Virus record (IMG/VR): IMGVR_UViG_3300012344_000022
DNA from: an uncultured virus (IMG/VR IMGVR_UViG_3300012344_000022)
Taxonomy: Duplodnaviria > Heunggongvirae > Uroviricota > Caudoviricetes
Length of the DNA stretch: 64,000 nt
Direction: 5' to 3' (one strand)
Shown: positions 39,909 through 48,051 of the stretch, piece after piece
Layout of the letters: each line of letters begins with the position of its first letter
How positions within the stretch are numbered: the first letter of the stretch is position 1
Program-made: the position numbers and the translations under genes
Notes under the pieces: model-generated
What the model saw: the letters and a program-made list of their open reading frames with translations, nothing else
Told to the model about the DNA's origin: nothing
Database searches by the model: none

Positions 39909-40532
39909 ATGGGAAGATTGAAAAATGATGTGAAATGGACCGAAGAACTTATACAGGATTGTTTGAGAAGAAATTTTCTTTCATTTTCGACAAAGAAGTA
40001 TGAGATATTCGGGAGATTTGTATATGACTGGGAATCTGATTATCTTGCAATAACAAGATCAGGATATGCATATGAATGTGAGATAAAGATTTCAAGATCT
40101 GATTTCTTCAATGACAGCAAGAAGGTGGAGAAACACATTATACTTGAAGGAAAGGATGAAAAAAGACAGAGACCTAATTATTTTTATTATGCTGTTCCAG
40201 AAGGACTTTTGAAACCGGAGGAAATACCCGACGATTATGGATTGATTTATGTCCATACTGGTTTTGTAGATATTGTGAAACCAGCAAAACTTCTACATAA
40301 GGAAAAGGTTGATATATGTGGTCTCAATCTTATTGATAAGTTTTATTATGGTATGTGGGACTATATTGATAAATATAGGAAGACAGATGTTAATGAAATA
40401 AAGACATACAAGAACAGAGTGAGAAAACTTGAAAAAGAACTTGTGAAATATGATGAATTACTTTCAGATGCAAACTGTCAGATTGATGAACTGAAGGATG
40501 AAATTGCAGGATTGAGAAATAATATTAGATAA
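39909..40532 (+). CDS. MmcB-like PD-(D/E)XK family protein
   Basis: 'ESDYLAIT...ECEIKISRSDFFND...PNYFYYAVP' and a C-terminal coiled coil. Confidence 0.7.
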   Translation: MGRLKNDVKWTEELIQDCLRRNFLSFSTKKYEIFGRFVYDWESDYLAITRSGYAYECEIKISRSDFFNDSKKVEKHIILEGKDEKRQRPNYFYYAVPEGLLKPEEIPDDYGLIYVHTGFVDIVKPAKLLHKEKVDICGLNLIDKFYYGMWDYIDKYRKTDVNEIKTYKNRVRKLEKELVKYDELLSDANCQIDELKDEIAGLRNNIR

Positions 40533-40572
40533 AAATGGGAACTATATACTCGATTACTCCAAAAGATAAAAT

Positions 40573-40604
40573 CAAAGGCACCATCAAACAGATGATGCCT
40601 TTTG
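40573..40604. terminator. Hairpin between convergent genes
   Basis: caaaggcaccatc...gatgatgccttttg imperfect stem. Confidence 0.55.
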
Positions 40605-40624
40605 GTCATTCTTACATCTGGACA

Positions 40625-41521
40625 TCAGTTTTGCATTGTATCATCTGGTGCTGTCACAGTTATCTGTTCTCCATGGTATGCTAATATATCAGTGTAAGTA
40701 ATGTTCCCGAATAATTCTATACAATCTGAAGGGATGTTTTCTTTTGTGATATATCCATGTTCATATCTTGGATCCCCATAAAAAGAAATTGACAAAGGTA
40801 TTTTAGATACATCAAGCCTCAATATTGCATATTTTCCATCCTTGCACTTGTTGTTCTCTGAAAATAGTTGCCACCCGAAATATGCCACATCACATTTTCT
40901 TGTGTCTCCCTTTATCACATGTGCCCTTGGAGGATAATCCAGATACTCATTTTCACTTCTAATCTCTATGCCATGTGATAATATAGAGTCCACATTTACA
41001 ATAGGAGTAATGTGATACAGATATTTATGTCTGTGGACTTCTTTTGTCAAGTCTCTTTGAAATGCTGGATCAAAACCCATAGCTCTGCATTTGACACCAT
41101 ATAGTAGCATTGGTTCAGAAATCATGGCCTTGTCCCATCCCATAGATTTCATTTCCAAAATTATTGTCTGGGTGTTTTTTGCCACATCTGCATACAATAT
41201 TACAACCCTGACTTTATTCGCAATCACCTCACTGACCACCTGCCAGCTTTTGAATCCCATTGTCCTGAGTCTCTTTCTCAGTTCAAGAACAGGAACTGTA
41301 GCTGTAATAGTTTCTGACTCTGCAATTAATTTCTTGCCCTTACACAATATGCTATCACCGAACCCTCTACCTTGCAAAAAGATTCTCATGTCACTGTTGA
41401 TGGACCTGATGTCCTTTTCTGATATGGATGAAACATCAAAAAAGTCTTTAATCCTTAAAGTGTCTTCTGATTTTTTGCCCTCCTTTGTGAACTCATCAAA
41501 AGTTTTGATATGTACAGTCAT
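40625..41521 (-). CDS. ADP-ribosyltransferase-like protein with capsid-targeting-like peptide
   Basis: MTVHIKTFDEFTKE; 'YLYHIT....SILSHGI...YPPRAHVI...ILRLD...FYGDP...YITKENIP'. Confidence 0.6.
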   Translation of the reverse strand: MTVHIKTFDEFTKEGKKSEDTLRIKDFFDVSSISEKDIRSINSDMRIFLQGRGFGDSILCKGKKLIAESETITATVPVLELRKRLRTMGFKSWQVVSEVIANKVRVVILYADVAKNTQTIILEMKSMGWDKAMISEPMLLYGVKCRAMGFDPAFQRDLTKEVHRHKYLYHITPIVNVDSILSHGIEIRSENEYLDYPPRAHVIKGDTRKCDVAYFGWQLFSENNKCKDGKYAILRLDVSKIPLSISFYGDPRYEHGYITKENIPSDCIELFGNITYTDILAYHGEQITVTAPDDTMQN

Positions 41522-41552
41522 AAAATCAATTTTTAATTATTTATTCTTAAAA

Positions 41553-41601
41553 ATAACAAACAATTCAGGAATGACAGTCCATTTCCTGAATTGTTTGTTA
41601 T
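41553..41601. repeat. 19-bp perfect inverted repeat carrying two divergent promoter-like elements
   Basis: ataacaaacaattcaggaa (41553-41571) and ttcctgaattgtttgttat (41583-41601), with an 11-nt spacer. Confidence 0.85.
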
Positions 41602-41629
41602 ATTTTAGAGTAAGTAAATCTGATTAGGT

Positions 41630-42418
41630 ATGGAAAAAATAAAAAGTTTCAATGAGTTTATAAATGACAAGTCCATACCCTCAATAGATGAAGTCCTGAA
41701 AGACAGCATCACAGAAGAGAAAAGATGGGAAAAGATTATGAAGATGGATTTTGATGAGACATCCATCAATCATGAGTTCAAAGTAGATATGAGGTTTGAC
41801 AACTATTATGTTTATGAAAGCTCAAGGCATAAGCCCTGTGTTTATTTCAGGGTTGGTGAAGGTGAGTCTGATTTTTTACCAATGATGATATCAGACACAC
41901 CTTATGTCCCATATTCATTTGAACAGACCATCAATGATGAGGATCTGTACTGGGTGAGCAATTTTGTGAAGACAAACAAGGCAAATCTGCTGAAATATGC
42001 AGATGGTGAGTTTGGATACAGCTCATTTATGTCCCTTGTGAATAAATGTGAAAACATTGCAGAAATCACAGAGGACTCAAAAAGAATACATCCATCAGAT
42101 ACAAATCTGAGCAGGGTTATCTGGATCGGTCCATATGACAAGACAGGACATTATTTGAGAATCAAGATTCAACAATCAAAAGGAAGTCATAACTCTAATG
42201 AATGGGCAGCATTGACCATACCTGAACTGAAGTTGATACCCAATATAAGTAAGACTGACATTTCAAGGTCTGAGATGAAGGTATTCAAGGACTTTGCAAT
42301 AAAACACAAAGATCTCATTGACAAGTTTGCAAAAGGTGAGATAGATTTCAAGAAGTTCTGTGAAGATCTGAAAGGAGAAAAGGCCACAAATACTGACCAA
42401 GAAGAAAATCATCAATAG
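41630..42418 (+). CDS. Hypothetical protein with capsid-targeting-like peptide and two related His-containing modules
   Basis: MEKIKSFNEFIND; 'RHKPCVYF...FVKTNKANLLKYADGE' and 'GHYLRIKI...FAIKHKDLIDKFAKGE'. Confidence 0.6.
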   Translation: MEKIKSFNEFINDKSIPSIDEVLKDSITEEKRWEKIMKMDFDETSINHEFKVDMRFDNYYVYESSRHKPCVYFRVGEGESDFLPMMISDTPYVPYSFEQTINDEDLYWVSNFVKTNKANLLKYADGEFGYSSFMSLVNKCENIAEITEDSKRIHPSDTNLSRVIWIGPYDKTGHYLRIKIQQSKGSHNSNEWAALTIPELKLIPNISKTDISRSEMKVFKDFAIKHKDLIDKFAKGEIDFKKFCEDLKGEKATNTDQEENHQ

Positions 42419-42432
42419 AATGTTGCAGATGC

Positions 42433-42469
42433 AAAAGAGTCTTGTGATTATGGTCCCAAGACTCTTTTT
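42433..42469 (+). terminator. Intrinsic terminator hairpin
   Basis: aaaagagtcttg...caagactctttt. Confidence 0.7.
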
Positions 42470-42501
42470 ATGTTGTTGTGGGTAATCAGGTATATAGTTC
42501 C

Positions 42502-42541
42502 AAAAAAAAAATCTTTCTCAAATGAGAAAGATTTTTTTTTT
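42502..42541. terminator. Bidirectional terminator hairpin
   Basis: A-tract, atctttctca-aa-tgagaaagat, T-tract. Confidence 0.75.
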
Positions 42542-42569
42542 AATTATGTTTTATTATCTTTGAATTTGA

Positions 42570-43241
42570 CTATTTTTTATAAAACCTATTATTTTTTTCA
42601 TATGCTTTATTAAATGCATCAACAAATTTAGGAATATCATAAGAATATAACATATTACTACCATCATTTGATTTCCTAATATTAGGATCATGTGACATAT
42701 ATTTATATGTAGATTTTAAAATTTCTACAGAGTCTTCATAAATTTGCTGTGCATTTGCAAAATCTTCATCTTCAATGTCCATAAGTTCATGATCATATCC
42801 AATATGTCTTTCATCCCATGATATAACAATAGATTCTACAGTTTCATCTTCATCAAAATCTCTATTATTATTAAGTGCTTTTAATATTGATTCATAAGCA
42901 TTAGACATATCATATTTCAGTTCATATGATTTGGATCCAAAAGAATCTATAATATAATAATTATCAGATATTTTTGAACAACCTACATTTATGTCATATT
43001 CAGCATCAATGTTTGGACCAATTAAACCAAGAGAAAAATAAGTAGTGTTGGGGTATAAATTATGATTTATAATAAGATTATCAATAAAATATTGAATTTT
43101 TGATAAATACCAATTTTTATTTCTAACCCTTGATTTTATAAACAAAGGGTCAGTTTTGGTACTATATGGTTTATTAGTTTTTCTTTTTAGGATTTCCTGA
43201 CCCATACTTTCTTTTATAAAATCTTCAAATTTAAGTATCAT
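42570..43241 (-). CDS. Hypothetical protein with capsid-targeting-like peptide
   Basis: MILKFEDFIKE; CATAAATA on the minus strand at 43260-43267; visibly more AT-rich than its neighbours. Confidence 0.6.
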   Translation of the reverse strand: MILKFEDFIKESMGQEILKRKTNKPYSTKTDPLFIKSRVRNKNWYLSKIQYFIDNLIINHNLYPNTTYFSLGLIGPNIDAEYDINVGCSKISDNYYIIDSFGSKSYELKYDMSNAYESILKALNNNRDFDEDETVESIVISWDERHIGYDHELMDIEDEDFANAQQIYEDSVEILKSTYKYMSHDPNIRKSNDGSNMLYSYDIPKFVDAFNKAYEKNNRFYKK

Positions 43242-43312
43242 ATGTTTTTTTGTATAATATATTTATGCAAATAGTTTTTTTTTTTGTTATTTTTATATAA
43301 AATTTGAACATT

Positions 43313-44266
43313 ATGATCCAGTTTATAAAGGATAATTTTGAATTCATACAACAGGAACCTGGTATTGAGGGTGCATACAAGATGGCTGAACTTGCAGCCA
43401 GAACCTGTTACAGAAGTGAAAACTATATAAAAGAAGGTTCCGCACACAAGATTGTGGATGATATCTGCATAAAGAACGGACATACTTCCATAACTGAATT
43501 TGCCACCATTTATTTGAAGGTGAACATATGGAATGTAAGTGTCTTGAAAAAATATATTATGGACAGATATTCGAGAGTGAATGTCCATAATGCAAGTGCT
43601 TATATTACCACCACATTGAGGACAATCATACAGGGTGATTATAATGATCCCATTGATGCGATAAAGAATAATTTTGACAGGAACTGGAAGGAAGACCTGC
43701 AATACTGGTGTGAACCTACCGAATATCATCACAAGAGATATTGCTACAAGTTTGAGTGTGACAGGGTAGGAAGCCAGAGTTTTGAGAGACATAGGGGTAT
43801 ATATGGTATCTCTTATGCACAGGAGAGTACAAGATACTGCAACTATAACGGAAAAAAGTTTGGAGGAACAATAAAGATAAGTCTTCCGTCAAAGTTTTAT
43901 GAACTCATAGAAGACTGGTCCGGATGTGCGGATATCAAGACAGGAAAGGATTATTCATATTTGCAGGACTGTACTCTTGATGTTAAGCTTGACTTTCTTT
44001 ATAAAAATGACAAGGCATGGAAAGTTTATGTGGATGGATTGAACAAGGATGCAGATGACTATATCAGTTTGATAAATGCTGGGTGGAAACCAGAAGATGC
44101 AAGGGGGACACTTCCACTTGATCTTGACACCACATTTATGATGTGTGCATATCCGGAAGACTGGAAGATGTGGTTATACAGAAGAACAGACAATCATGCT
44201 CATCCACATGTTCAGAGAATTGCAAAGGAAGTTGAGAATGATATGAAAAAAAAGGGGATTATATAG
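43313..44266 (+). CDS. thyX: Flavin-dependent thymidylate synthase
   Basis: 'AARTCYRS', 'GHTSITE', ThyX signature 'RHR...SYAQESTRY', 'PEDARGTLP'. Confidence 0.9.
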   Translation: MIQFIKDNFEFIQQEPGIEGAYKMAELAARTCYRSENYIKEGSAHKIVDDICIKNGHTSITEFATIYLKVNIWNVSVLKKYIMDRYSRVNVHNASAYITTTLRTIIQGDYNDPIDAIKNNFDRNWKEDLQYWCEPTEYHHKRYCYKFECDRVGSQSFERHRGIYGISYAQESTRYCNYNGKKFGGTIKISLPSKFYELIEDWSGCADIKTGKDYSYLQDCTLDVKLDFLYKNDKAWKVYVDGLNKDADDYISLINAGWKPEDARGTLPLDLDTTFMMCAYPEDWKMWLYRRTDNHAHPHVQRIAKEVENDMKKKGII

Positions 44267-44267
44267 T

Positions 44268-44711
44268 ATGTGGATTAAGAATTTTATAAATGAGTTGAAG
44301 GCCTGGAAAATAGTAAGAAAGGTTTATAAGGAAAACAGGAAGGAATTTGAGAAACTTCATATCCATATGGACTGGGGAGGTAAATTGTATACTGTAATAA
44401 ACCGAGATACTGATGTGGCATTGGGATCTGATGAGGACAAGGTGTATCTTCATAATGATTTGGCAAAGATATGGAGTCTGTTTACAAAATTGAATATTGC
44501 TGATATAGTGGCATATGATTTGAAACCTCTTGAAGATGAGAGAAAGATTGATGATGGACATATTGAATATGAGCATGGATATTTACTCATCTTCACACCG
44601 GCATGGAAACTTGACAGACAGTATGTGAACTGGAAGTCATTATTGTTTGTTTTTCTGTTTTTTTGCAGTATTATAATAGGGGTTGTTTATACCATATTGA
44701 AATATATGTAA
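44268..44711 (+). CDS. Hypothetical membrane-anchored protein
   Basis: C-terminal hydrophobic helix 'LLFVFLFFCSIIIGVVYTIL'. Confidence 0.6.
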   Translation: MWIKNFINELKAWKIVRKVYKENRKEFEKLHIHMDWGGKLYTVINRDTDVALGSDEDKVYLHNDLAKIWSLFTKLNIADIVAYDLKPLEDERKIDDGHIEYEHGYLLIFTPAWKLDRQYVNWKSLLFVFLFFCSIIIGVVYTILKYM

Positions 44712-45079
44712 TGGTCATTGATAAGGAAAGACTCAAACTCTATGGTCTTGAAAAGTTCAGGAATGATGTTGAAAACATAGAGATGCAGTATCTCAATCTC
44801 ATATATGATCCTAATTTCGATCATATAGTTGACAGACGGACATATGACAGAACAAGGGGTCTTATGAAATGGAGATGTGCCATATGTGGAACAGAAATAT
44901 TGACTGATAAAAACAGGGAAGATGTGGAAAATTTCGTGTGTGAGAAATGCAGGGAATTATACAACAATGGAAGTCCTTTGATAGACAGAAGGATAATGGA
45001 TTCAAGAACAAAAATGTTCAAATATATTGAAAATAAGTTATATGAAGAACTGGAAGACAGTTTGAAAGGCGGAAAATAA
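44711..45079 (+). CDS. Zinc-ribbon hypothetical protein
   Basis: CAIC...CEKC; TAATG overlap with the upstream gene. Confidence 0.6.
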   Translation: MVIDKERLKLYGLEKFRNDVENIEMQYLNLIYDPNFDHIVDRRTYDRTRGLMKWRCAICGTEILTDKNREDVENFVCEKCRELYNNGSPLIDRRIMDSRTKMFKYIENKLYEELEDSLKGGK

Positions 45080-45125
45080 TGATTTTCTGCCTTTTTCACA
45101 TAAATAATGATATATATTTGTTTAT

Positions 45126-48047
45126 ATGGAATTGTTTGTCAATAAACCGGATTATGTAAGACTTGATGATGACGTGTCCTTCCAGATTATGAGGACAAAC
45201 CCTAAACTGACCACGAATGTCAAGCTTTTGTATGATGGGAAGAACCTGTATATGGATTCCTATTCTGCAAATCCGTTGCTGTCTTCAAACAATTATAAGA
45301 ATTATAAGGTATTGAAGACTGGTCTGTATAATGATGATTTGAAAAGGTTTCTTCTGGGAACAAGTTCTTCCGCATATGAAGTAGGACAGAATATGGAAAA
45401 TACCATTGTGGGAGACAGTTTTGATAATCAGTTCGAGAACATATATTGGTCCGGGTGTGAATCAATCAATTCTTCTGTTTATCCGCAGGAGATGGGATTT
45501 GTAGCCCCAATTTATTTGAGAAAGAAAAGACCTAACTACTTTGTCATATTCAAGATAGACACCCCAGCAAACACAAATCTTGTCCCTATTGATGACAACA
45601 AGAAGGACAAGACATTTGATTTCAAAAATGACATACTTGACAGATCAAGAATAATCAAGGCTTTTGATTTGAGACCAGGAACTGTCATAGGAGACTATAT
45701 AGACAGATATGTAAGTCAAAAGGATTTCAAATATGACAAATCATTGTATGTGAATTTTGCTGCAAAGGAAATATATTATTATGGTATAGATAAGTCTACC
45801 GGTGTCCTTTGTCAAAAGGTGAATAATATTTCTGAAACTCTTCTTGAAAATGACATAACCATTTCAAGATCTGATGACTGGATAACTTCCGGATATGAGA
45901 GGAACAATATGATATTTCCATATATCATAAATCTTGAATTCCTGTTTGATGACAATGAGACTAATGAATACAAGTTTGCCAGATATTTCGGTATGTATTG
46001 CAATGACATTGACTTGTATGAATATGAAATTCAGGAGTTCAATGAACCTGTCAAGATAAACGGAAAGATATTGAACAGTATCGTCAATCTTGATAAAATC
46101 AATATGGACAATGGTGCATTTTATTATGCAAAGTCAAAATATGATGAGATTTTTTCCATTGATGACAAGATGCGAATCATAGGAAACATCAAACAGGATG
46201 ACTTTACCGGATTTGAACCAGTAACCATATCATCATATGGTGAAAAAATTTCAGGAACACAACCTGCCACTATGATGATCAAGGTTGACAAACCTCTGTT
46301 GAAGGGAGATAAGGTGATGATATATGATGTGTTCAGTTCAAATGGGACAGATGATGTATATAAGACATTTACTGCCACAAATACCGATAGACTTGAACCA
46401 GGAAAATACAGTATGACAAAGTTTTCATGTCTTGGAACAACAAAAGATAATGCAAAGGCAATTGCAGGTATAATTCGTGAGTATGCAACTGAAAACAAAT
46501 GGATAACTGCATTCTCGGTAGATGATGTTGTGGTGATAAGATCTGCAATTCCGGGAAGTCAAATGAATGGAATGCTGAAAGTGAAGACAAGGGGGACAAT
46601 TTCAGTATTGAACAGTTTCAATATGACTATTGATTCGGATGGATGGGTTGACTGCTTTACTGGAGGAACGAATTATGACGGAAGTCTTTTGAAGATATTG
46701 AAGGATGATATGAATATGTTCACATCCAACAGGTATTTAAAAAGTTATAACGGAAAGAAGAGTTCAAAGATAATGTCAGTCATCCCTTATATTGATGACA
46801 ATGATGTCATTGATGAGAAATATTGCATAGTTTCTCTTGATGACAATGGAAAATATGTCAACTTGTCAAGGACAAGACAGGTGGAGATAATGGACATATA
46901 TTACACAAGATTCGGTGTATTGAGTTTCTTCCCCGTGAAGGACTTTGATTTTGATACAGTAAATTCCGATTATGGGGAAGATACTATGATGAAGAATGAG
47001 ATTTCAAAGATGGATGAATATCTCAACAACAAAAATAAATCAATATATGTAACTGTAGGTGTGGGAACCAATGATACACATAATGAGGACTTTGAAAATA
47101 AAGGCAATTGGGATATAGATATTATTGATACAAAAGATGGTAACAATAATACATCATATGTGAATTCTACGACAAATCTTCCTTATTACAGATTTATTTC
47201 AGATACAGGGGAGGAAATAGATACAGAATATGACTATTTCTGTGAAAATGTTCTTCCTGAATTGTCAATTGTGAACAAAACTGTTCCATTTATATCAAAA
47301 TGGGGATATATGGATGAAGGCAAGGACAGCTGTGAAAATCCCTACAGGTTAAATACAAGCAAGATATTTGATACATGTAATTTCTCATCAAATACATTTA
47401 TGCAGGATTGTGACATATTTGAATATACTCATTCCATGCCTTATTATATGGTAGACTGGAATGTGAATGAAAATGATAATATGAACAGGGTATACAATGA
47501 ATTTCAATATGTCAATATTCCGGAAGTCTTGAAGAACAAATATTATGATGAAATTGATAATGCTGTAAAGGAGTGGTCATCATATTTTTCATCTGCCATT
47601 TATGATCGTTTTGATGAATTGTTTGGTGATTCTATTGACAGTGCAGAAAGTTCTTTCAAGAATAAGAGATTCAACAGGAAATATTCCAGATTTCTTCTTG
47701 GAAATGACAGTTCAAAATCATCTACATTGTTCAGAGGTGTGAAATTTGAAGTGGTCGGTATAAAGAATGGAAAGGAAATATATGGAAGTGATTATAATGG
47801 ATATAAATTTACATTTCTGTATATACCTGTGAATTTATTGAACAAGGATGTTTTGACTGATGGTGAAGAAAATGAATATGTAAATTTCAAGATTGAGTTT
47901 GTCAAAAATGATGAATTCAAGTTCATTGTCGGTATGGTATTCTTTGATAGTTTGTCAAAATATATTGACAATGAGATGAAAGATTTCAATAAGACATATC
48001 TTTATGGGGGATGTCTTGGATTCAATATATACAGGAATAATAAGTAA
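45126..48047 (+). CDS. Large hypothetical protein, probably structural
   Basis: 973-aa ORF; CATAAATA at 45099 follows a hairpin. Confidence 0.6.
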   Translation: MELFVNKPDYVRLDDDVSFQIMRTNPKLTTNVKLLYDGKNLYMDSYSANPLLSSNNYKNYKVLKTGLYNDDLKRFLLGTSSSAYEVGQNMENTIVGDSFDNQFENIYWSGCESINSSVYPQEMGFVAPIYLRKKRPNYFVIFKIDTPANTNLVPIDDNKKDKTFDFKNDILDRSRIIKAFDLRPGTVIGDYIDRYVSQKDFKYDKSLYVNFAAKEIYYYGIDKSTGVLCQKVNNISETLLENDITISRSDDWITSGYERNNMIFPYIINLEFLFDDNETNEYKFARYFGMYCNDIDLYEYEIQEFNEPVKINGKILNSIVNLDKINMDNGAFYYAKSKYDEIFSIDDKMRIIGNIKQDDFTGFEPVTISSYGEKISGTQPATMMIKVDKPLLKGDKVMIYDVFSSNGTDDVYKTFTATNTDRLEPGKYSMTKFSCLGTTKDNAKAIAGIIREYATENKWITAFSVDDVVVIRSAIPGSQMNGMLKVKTRGTISVLNSFNMTIDSDGWVDCFTGGTNYDGSLLKILKDDMNMFTSNRYLKSYNGKKSSKIMSVIPYIDDNDVIDEKYCIVSLDDNGKYVNLSRTRQVEIMDIYYTRFGVLSFFPVKDFDFDTVNSDYGEDTMMKNEISKMDEYLNNKNKSIYVTVGVGTNDTHNEDFENKGNWDIDIIDTKDGNNNTSYVNSTTNLPYYRFISDTGEEIDTEYDYFCENVLPELSIVNKTVPFISKWGYMDEGKDSCENPYRLNTSKIFDTCNFSSNTFMQDCDIFEYTHSMPYYMVDWNVNENDNMNRVYNEFQYVNIPEVLKNKYYDEIDNAVKEWSSYFSSAIYDRFDELFGDSIDSAESSFKNKRFNRKYSRFLLGNDSSKSSTLFRGVKFEVVGIKNGKEIYGSDYNGYKFTFLYIPVNLLNKDVLTDGEENEYVNFKIEFVKNDEFKFIVGMVFFDSLSKYIDNEMKDFNKTYLYGGCLGFNIYRNNK

Positions 48048-48051
48048 TATT

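Noticed and set aside
44268..44300. MWIKNFINE as another capsid-targeting leader
   Set aside because: It lacks the two-aromatic F/Y-x-x-F spacing and the protein has a membrane anchor, so the match is likely coincidental.
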